The translations under genes were made by a program, and so were the position numbers. DNA of 63,010 bases, filler included, from an uncultured bacterium (GTDB taxonomy: Bacteria > Hinthialibacterota > Hinthialibacteria > Hinthialibacterales > Hinthialibacteraceae), in the NCBI GenBank assembly GCA_964449065.1. It is 2 parts of 2 records of this genome, joined end to end, with 100 filler letters (N's around TTAATTAATTAA, not from the genome) between each part and the next. Parts side by side here need not be neighbours in the genome. Positions count along the whole stretch, not along the records: positions 31,684 to 63,010 come from CAYVAZ010000015.1; 1 more part is not named here. One strand, written 5' to 3'. Shown here piece by piece: positions 58,470 through 63,010 of the stretch. The first letter of the stretch is position 1. Each line of letters starts with the position of its first letter. A model generated the notes under the pieces. The model ran no database searches. It was not told where the DNA came from and saw nothing but the letters and a program-made list of their open reading frames with translations.

Positions 58470-59909
58470 CTATAGTTTTATATTGCCGTCGGGGTATTGC
58501 TTATCCGGATTCATCCCCGGTTCCCCGATCAACCAGGGATCTTTTGTCCGGCGCCGGAAGTCCATCGTCTGTTGCTTCAGTTCGGTTAAAACGTTCCGGT
58601 ACCGCGGGTTATTTGCTAAATTATGAATTTCATTGGGGTCCTGTTCAAGGTCGTATAGTTCTTCTTCATCGCGGTACAGATAATTCTCTACCGTTCGGGC
58701 TCCAAAATAGGATTCTTCATTCTTCAAGATATATTGCCAGGTTTTGGAGGCATACAAATCACTGGCAAAGGGAAAGATCATTTCATGCGCCAAATTGTTG
58801 ATGTATTTATATTTCTTGGTGCGTGTCCCCCGCGAAGGGTAATACATGGTGATTTCATGAAAGGTGTGGGAAAAGTTGATTTCATCCCAACCATTCGGGT
58901 TTTGTTCGTTCAACACCGGCAAAAACGATCGGCCGTGCAAGTCATATTCCGGTGGTTTCGCGCCGGTCCAGTCTAAGATCGTCGGAACCAAATCGGTATA
59001 ATTCGTCATTGCATGGGTTACTCCACCCGGTTTTTCTAGAGTCGGCGACATGACGATCATTGGCAAATTGATTCCCGGATCATACAAGCAGGATTTTGCG
59101 CCCGGAAACGCCATGCCGTTATCGCTTATGTAAATAATGAGGGTGTCATTGAGCCTGCCGTCTTTTTCTAACGCATCCAGCAAAAAACCGATGCCTTGAT
59201 CCATCCGGTGGATGGAAGAATAGTATTTGGCTAACTCATCTCTTGTGGCTGGGGTATCCGGCAGAAAATCAGGAACGATCACTTCTTCTGGAGAGTAGGT
59301 TTTATTCTCAACACCAGGAAACACTTTATCTTCGCCAAATCCTTTTCCAGCACGATGCGGATCAGAATATCCGACCGTTAAGAAAAACGGATTCCCTTTC
59401 GTTTGCGCGAAAAAGTCGGCGGCTTTATCACTCATCTGTTTGACATGGCGGGAGTTTTTTGTATCCACATAATCCAGCTTAAAATGGGAAGGAGTATTTA
59501 CATGAAATTTGCCGATCAATCCGGTTTTGTAACCGCTTTCGTGAAGCAATGTGTGCACGGGTTTAACCCATTCATGCAGCGAAAAATGATTGTAACTATG
59601 GGCATGGCCAAACTGTCCATTGGCATGGTTATATAATCCGGTAAAAATAACCGAACGGCTGGCGCTGCAACTGGGTGTCGTGCAGAAATTATTGGTAAAG
59701 CGTACTCCTTTTTCCGCCATCCGGTCTATAGATGGCGTATCGATAATTTTGTTGCCATACGCGCCACTCTCAAAGCTATGATCATCAGAGATGATAAGCA
59801 GTACATTCCGCTGTGCTTTGTGGTTGGAGGAATGTATAGCGGGAGTTTGGAATGCGGCTGCTGCAACTGAAGCGGCTAAAAATGATCTGCGTTTTAATGA
59901 CATATTCAT
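58470..59909 (-). CDS. Tat-exported sulfatase (N-sulfoglucosamine sulfohydrolase-like)
   Basis: KRRSFL twin-arginine signal; SDDH; CSASR formylglycine motif; GKFH; SDNG; ELYDL..DP.E. Confidence 0.9.
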   Translation of the reverse strand: MNMSLKRRSFLAASVAAAAFQTPAIHSSNHKAQRNVLLIISDDHSFESGAYGNKIIDTPSIDRMAEKGVRFTNNFCTTPSCSASRSVIFTGLYNHANGQFGHAHSYNHFSLHEWVKPVHTLLHESGYKTGLIGKFHVNTPSHFKLDYVDTKNSRHVKQMSDKAADFFAQTKGNPFFLTVGYSDPHRAGKGFGEDKVFPGVENKTYSPEEVIVPDFLPDTPATRDELAKYYSSIHRMDQGIGFLLDALEKDGRLNDTLIIYISDNGMAFPGAKSCLYDPGINLPMIVMSPTLEKPGGVTHAMTNYTDLVPTILDWTGAKPPEYDLHGRSFLPVLNEQNPNGWDEINFSHTFHEITMYYPSRGTRTKKYKYINNLAHEMIFPFASDLYASKTWQYILKNEESYFGARTVENYLYRDEEELYDLEQDPNEIHNLANNPRYRNVLTELKQQTMDFRRRTKDPWLIGEPGMNPDKQYPDGNIKL

Positions 59910-60199
59910 TCCCCTTTATCAATGGCCGGACAATCGTACCGTCGAATATCCCTCCAGAAGCGTGGACGTAAAGATCAGCCGTTTTTTTGCATGTCTCGTT
60001 CCGCTACTGTTATACCGGCTTGCCGGCTGCTTTTTCTTTGATACATCACAACGCTTTCTCAACCCCGCTGATGAAATGATTCCACACCGGACCGATGTCA
60101 ACCATTCTCTACGTTCCAGGTATTGCATGATACTCTCGGTATACTCTCACCATTACATGCCGTTTCTAATCTTACCAGAAAATTGGAAATCGGGCTAGC

Positions 60200-61954
60200 T
60201 TATTCGAATCGAACAGAAACACCACCCACGATCGAATTCCCTACAACGATCTCATCCGCCTCTTTTAAATCCTCTACCAAAATAGATTTTTCAACCGCTT
60301 TATTTTCAATCCTAAAATGCTTGCGCCAAACGCCATTTAGTAAACCATCGGATATAGGCGGCGTGTACCATTGGTCATTTATTTTGACGAAGATATTGGT
60401 GATACTGCCTTCCGTAATATGGCCTTTCTCGTTTTGAAAAATCACTTCAAAGAAACCATCGGCTAAAGCGGTTTCTCTTTCTTCACTGTAAAGAGCACGG
60501 TTAGTGGTTTTGTGAAAATAAAAGGGATCGTTGGAGTCGATGGTTTGAGCGGATAGTTTTATTACCGGATGTTCTGGCACGTTCGTAATGTCTCTGTAAG
60601 AGAATGTGAATTCGCCGTATGGATTCAACCGCATACGGACTGCGCACGGTGAAGACCGCTCCTGTATATATTGATCAATTTCGCTCTCAATTCGTTCACG
60701 ATGAAATGGATAATGAAAATAGTCCGCGGATTCTTCCAGACGATTCAGATGATCATCCAAATATAAAAGGGTATTGTCCTTTTGCAGCAGCATGGTTTCA
60801 ATCAATTCAAACGGCATTGAATTGGAAGTTAAAAAACGTGTTTTGGTTTTCACTTCCGCATATTCGGATTTCGGTTTTGAATCCCATACAATTCCACTAC
60901 CCACACCGCATACAAATTGATTTTTGGTCTGTATGAGAGTTCGTATTGCCACGTTAAAGATAAAATCGCCGCCCGGTTTAATGATTCCGATGGCACCGCA
61001 ATACACACCACGAGGCGCGTTCTCTAATTCTCGAATAATTTCCATCGTCCGGTGTTTGGGGGCTCCAGTAATCGATGCCGCAGGGAACGCTGCTTGCAAG
61101 ATTTCATGCAATGCTGAGTTTGATTTTAGTTTCCCTTCGACTGTACTGGTCATTTGTAAGACGGTACGAAAGGGTTGAATGCAAAATTGTTCCGGGACTT
61201 GAATGCTGCCAAATTCACATATCATCCCCAAATCGTTGCGGACCATATCAACGATCATTATATTTTCGGCTTGGTCTTTTTCACTCCGCCTTAATCGCTG
61301 TTGGAACCTTAAATCCTCATCAGGAAAACGCCCCCGCTTGCGCGTGCCTTTCATTGGTGAGGATCGAATGCGGCTGCCGTTCTTCGATAAAAACAATTCT
61401 GGTGATAGAGATAACACCGACCATGATTCGGTTTCGATCAAGGCCGCATAGGGAACCGGTTGGGATTGGTATAAGGAATGAAAAATCCGATCGGAGCCGG
61501 CATGAATTATTGGATAAACGGGCAGTGTGTAGTTAAGCTGATAGGTATTGCCGGAAGCAATGTGATCTTTGATTATATCAAACTTATTTTGGTATTCTTC
61601 AAATGTTTGACTGTAATTGATATTGTTGGCAATTGGATGAGCGGATTCAATCGGATTCAGTTGAAATTCATCCAATGAGTTTGAATCAATTAAAGCAAAC
61701 CAAATCAGCGGTATGGTATCTTCAAGACCTTCTTTAACCGGCAAGCCAAAAGCGGCTGCTGCTTCATAACTCAAAAAGCCGATAGCGTACTTCCCTTTTC
61801 GCGATTCAAGATCCAGTTCTTTGAGTATTGGAATTACTTTATGGGATTGGTTTGATGTTAGGATTCGCTCAACGGCATTGCTCTTTAATGCTAGGAATGG
61901 ATTCTCCATCCAACCTTTGCCGAGAAGTTGTAATGTTTTGACGTTATTATTCAT
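60200..61954 (-). CDS. pabB: Aminodeoxychorismate synthase component I fused to a PabC-like class IV aminotransferase domain
   Basis: SPELFL, PMKGTR, AENIMIVDMVRNDL and SITGAPK, followed by HKTTNR, EGSITN and GLLNGVWR. Confidence 0.92.
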   Translation of the reverse strand: MNNNVKTLQLLGKGWMENPFLALKSNAVERILTSNQSHKVIPILKELDLESRKGKYAIGFLSYEAAAAFGLPVKEGLEDTIPLIWFALIDSNSLDEFQLNPIESAHPIANNINYSQTFEEYQNKFDIIKDHIASGNTYQLNYTLPVYPIIHAGSDRIFHSLYQSQPVPYAALIETESWSVLSLSPELFLSKNGSRIRSSPMKGTRKRGRFPDEDLRFQQRLRRSEKDQAENIMIVDMVRNDLGMICEFGSIQVPEQFCIQPFRTVLQMTSTVEGKLKSNSALHEILQAAFPAASITGAPKHRTMEIIRELENAPRGVYCGAIGIIKPGGDFIFNVAIRTLIQTKNQFVCGVGSGIVWDSKPKSEYAEVKTKTRFLTSNSMPFELIETMLLQKDNTLLYLDDHLNRLEESADYFHYPFHRERIESEIDQYIQERSSPCAVRMRLNPYGEFTFSYRDITNVPEHPVIKLSAQTIDSNDPFYFHKTTNRALYSEERETALADGFFEVIFQNEKGHITEGSITNIFVKINDQWYTPPISDGLLNGVWRKHFRIENKAVEKSILVEDLKEADEIVVGNSIVGGVSVRFE

Positions 61955-61966
61955 GAAAATATGAAA

Positions 61967-62746
61967 CTATTGCTGGGGCTTTTGCGCTACCAGCATGGCA
62001 CGTTCGCTTCCTTTGTGGTAGGGTTCGGCGGCAAAATTGCCGAAGACTTGAACGTTTTTAAATCCTGCCTGCGATGCCAGCCACGAAATTTCCCACCCGT
62101 TGAACAGCCAGGGGCGATAGTGATAGGTGCGAACATCTCCTTCATGGTTTTTTACTGTAAATTGGTTGTTCAATCGCCGCCCGTTATTGGAAATCGAACG
62201 TTCTTCTTTTACGCTTAAATCCTTATGCCGGGAAAAGAAAACCTGATTCAATCGCGGAACGATGAAATGCCGGTTCATGACATCTACCATAATTTTCCCG
62301 CCGGGACGCAATACCCGGTAAAACTGCCGCATGATCTGCAAATTTTCTTGTTCCGTTTCGCCATATCCAAAGCTGCTGAACAAACATACTACATGATGAA
62401 ATGAATGGACTTGAAACGGTATCCGCTGCATCAGCCCCCGCACGAATTGAGGATAGATGGCATCATTGTGATCAATCATAAATTCTTTCGAAGCTTTGGC
62501 TAGAAGATAAAGCGATATATCCAATCCGGTCGCTGCCATTCCCCTATTTGAGAGTTCAAACACATGCCTGCCCGCACCGCATGGGGCATCCAACACGCTT
62601 TCTCCCGGAACCCATTCCAAAACGTGTTCACAAAAATTCAATTCTTTGAGCGTCCGGTCTCTCCCGGTCATATCTTCAAAGATATCAAGATAATCCTGAT
62701 GATTGAAGAAGCGGAACCACCAGTCGGATTTGGATTCGTTTTGCAT
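61967..62746 (-). CDS. Class I SAM-dependent methyltransferase
   Basis: VLDAPCGAGRH, FSSFGY and VLRPGG. Confidence 0.9.
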   Translation of the reverse strand: MQNESKSDWWFRFFNHQDYLDIFEDMTGRDRTLKELNFCEHVLEWVPGESVLDAPCGAGRHVFELSNRGMAATGLDISLYLLAKASKEFMIDHNDAIYPQFVRGLMQRIPFQVHSFHHVVCLFSSFGYGETEQENLQIMRQFYRVLRPGGKIMVDVMNRHFIVPRLNQVFFSRHKDLSVKEERSISNNGRRLNNQFTVKNHEGDVRTYHYRPWLFNGWEISWLASQAGFKNVQVFGNFAAEPYHKGSERAMLVAQKPQQ

Positions 62747-62850
62747 GGAATTTATCCCGGGATTTTCAGAGCATTCTAGCCCTTCAAAATTCAGGATAAA
62801 GCGTTGGGTAAATTACACAAGCTAAAATTTTGTTTTAGCGAATTAGCATA

Positions 62851-62878
62851 TTGACTGAATGGCGGAACGGTATAAAAT
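62851..62878 (+). promoter_or_regulatory. Sigma70 promoter of tRNA-Gln
   Basis: TTGACT-N16-TAAAAT, about 20 nt upstream of the tRNA. Confidence 0.6.
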
Positions 62879-62897
62879 CCGTAATCAGTTGATTAAT

Positions 62898-62971
62898 TGG
62901 CCCGTAGACGAATTGGTAAAGTCACCAGATTTTGGATCTGGAGTTTGAAGGTTCGAGTCCTTCCGGGCCAG
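62898..62971 (+). tRNA. tRNA-Gln (TTG), CCA not encoded
   Basis: Acceptor stem TGGCCCG/CGGGCCA; anticodon arm CCAGA-TTTTGGA-TCTGG; T arm GAAGG-TTCGAGT-CCTTC. Confidence 0.95.
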
Positions 62972-63010
62972 GTTTTATTCCCTCTCTCGAACTCCTCTCG
63001 GAAGTTGTGG

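Noticed and set aside
59919..60128. 69-aa ORF between pabB and the sulfatase
   Set aside because: No recognisable SD or motif; likely spurious.

Overview
Bacterial, gene-dense window from a draft or metagenome assembly. A synthetic linker (N-run, TTAATTAATTAA, N-run at 31584-31683) joins two contigs, so synteny across it is not real. The tandem FTLIELLIVVAIIGILAAIAVPNF prepilin paralogues and a secreted protein ending in DWEIY suggest a candidate-phylum organism of the Hinthialibacter/OLB16-Sumerlaeota type (inference only). Left contig: CCA-adding enzyme, lutC and a lutB-CCG fusion, a HigB'-HigA fusion, a radical SAM enzyme, a GH5-like protein, an epimerase with galK, purC, a GT-C glycosyltransferase, an AT-rich BglII-type restriction-modification pair, xylose isomerase, an AhpD-like protein, an LRR protein and two ~850-aa flagellins. 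Right contig: MEMO-AMMECR1 fusion, MATE transporter, larA, cysI, sucA-sucB-lpdA, pilC with three pilins, a ParDE-type toxin-antitoxin pair, bioB, a sulfatase, a pabB-pabC fusion and tRNA-Gln(TTG). The best candidate for an undescribed system is the ~1.5-kb hairpin-dense, GGA-rich + strand region between the flagellins. It starts at a sigma54-like promoter, carries a CsrA-sponge-like 5' block and a small ORF with a strong SD, and ends in a CsrA-type hairpin just before the SD of flagellin 2. Flagellin 1 has tandem sigma28 promoters and its own multi-hairpin CsrA-type leader. Other points of interest: a leader-peptide/terminator attenuator before sucA, a pilin-like helix fused to an LRR domain, and MITE/REP families. 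All calls are by eye; no searches or folding programs were run.
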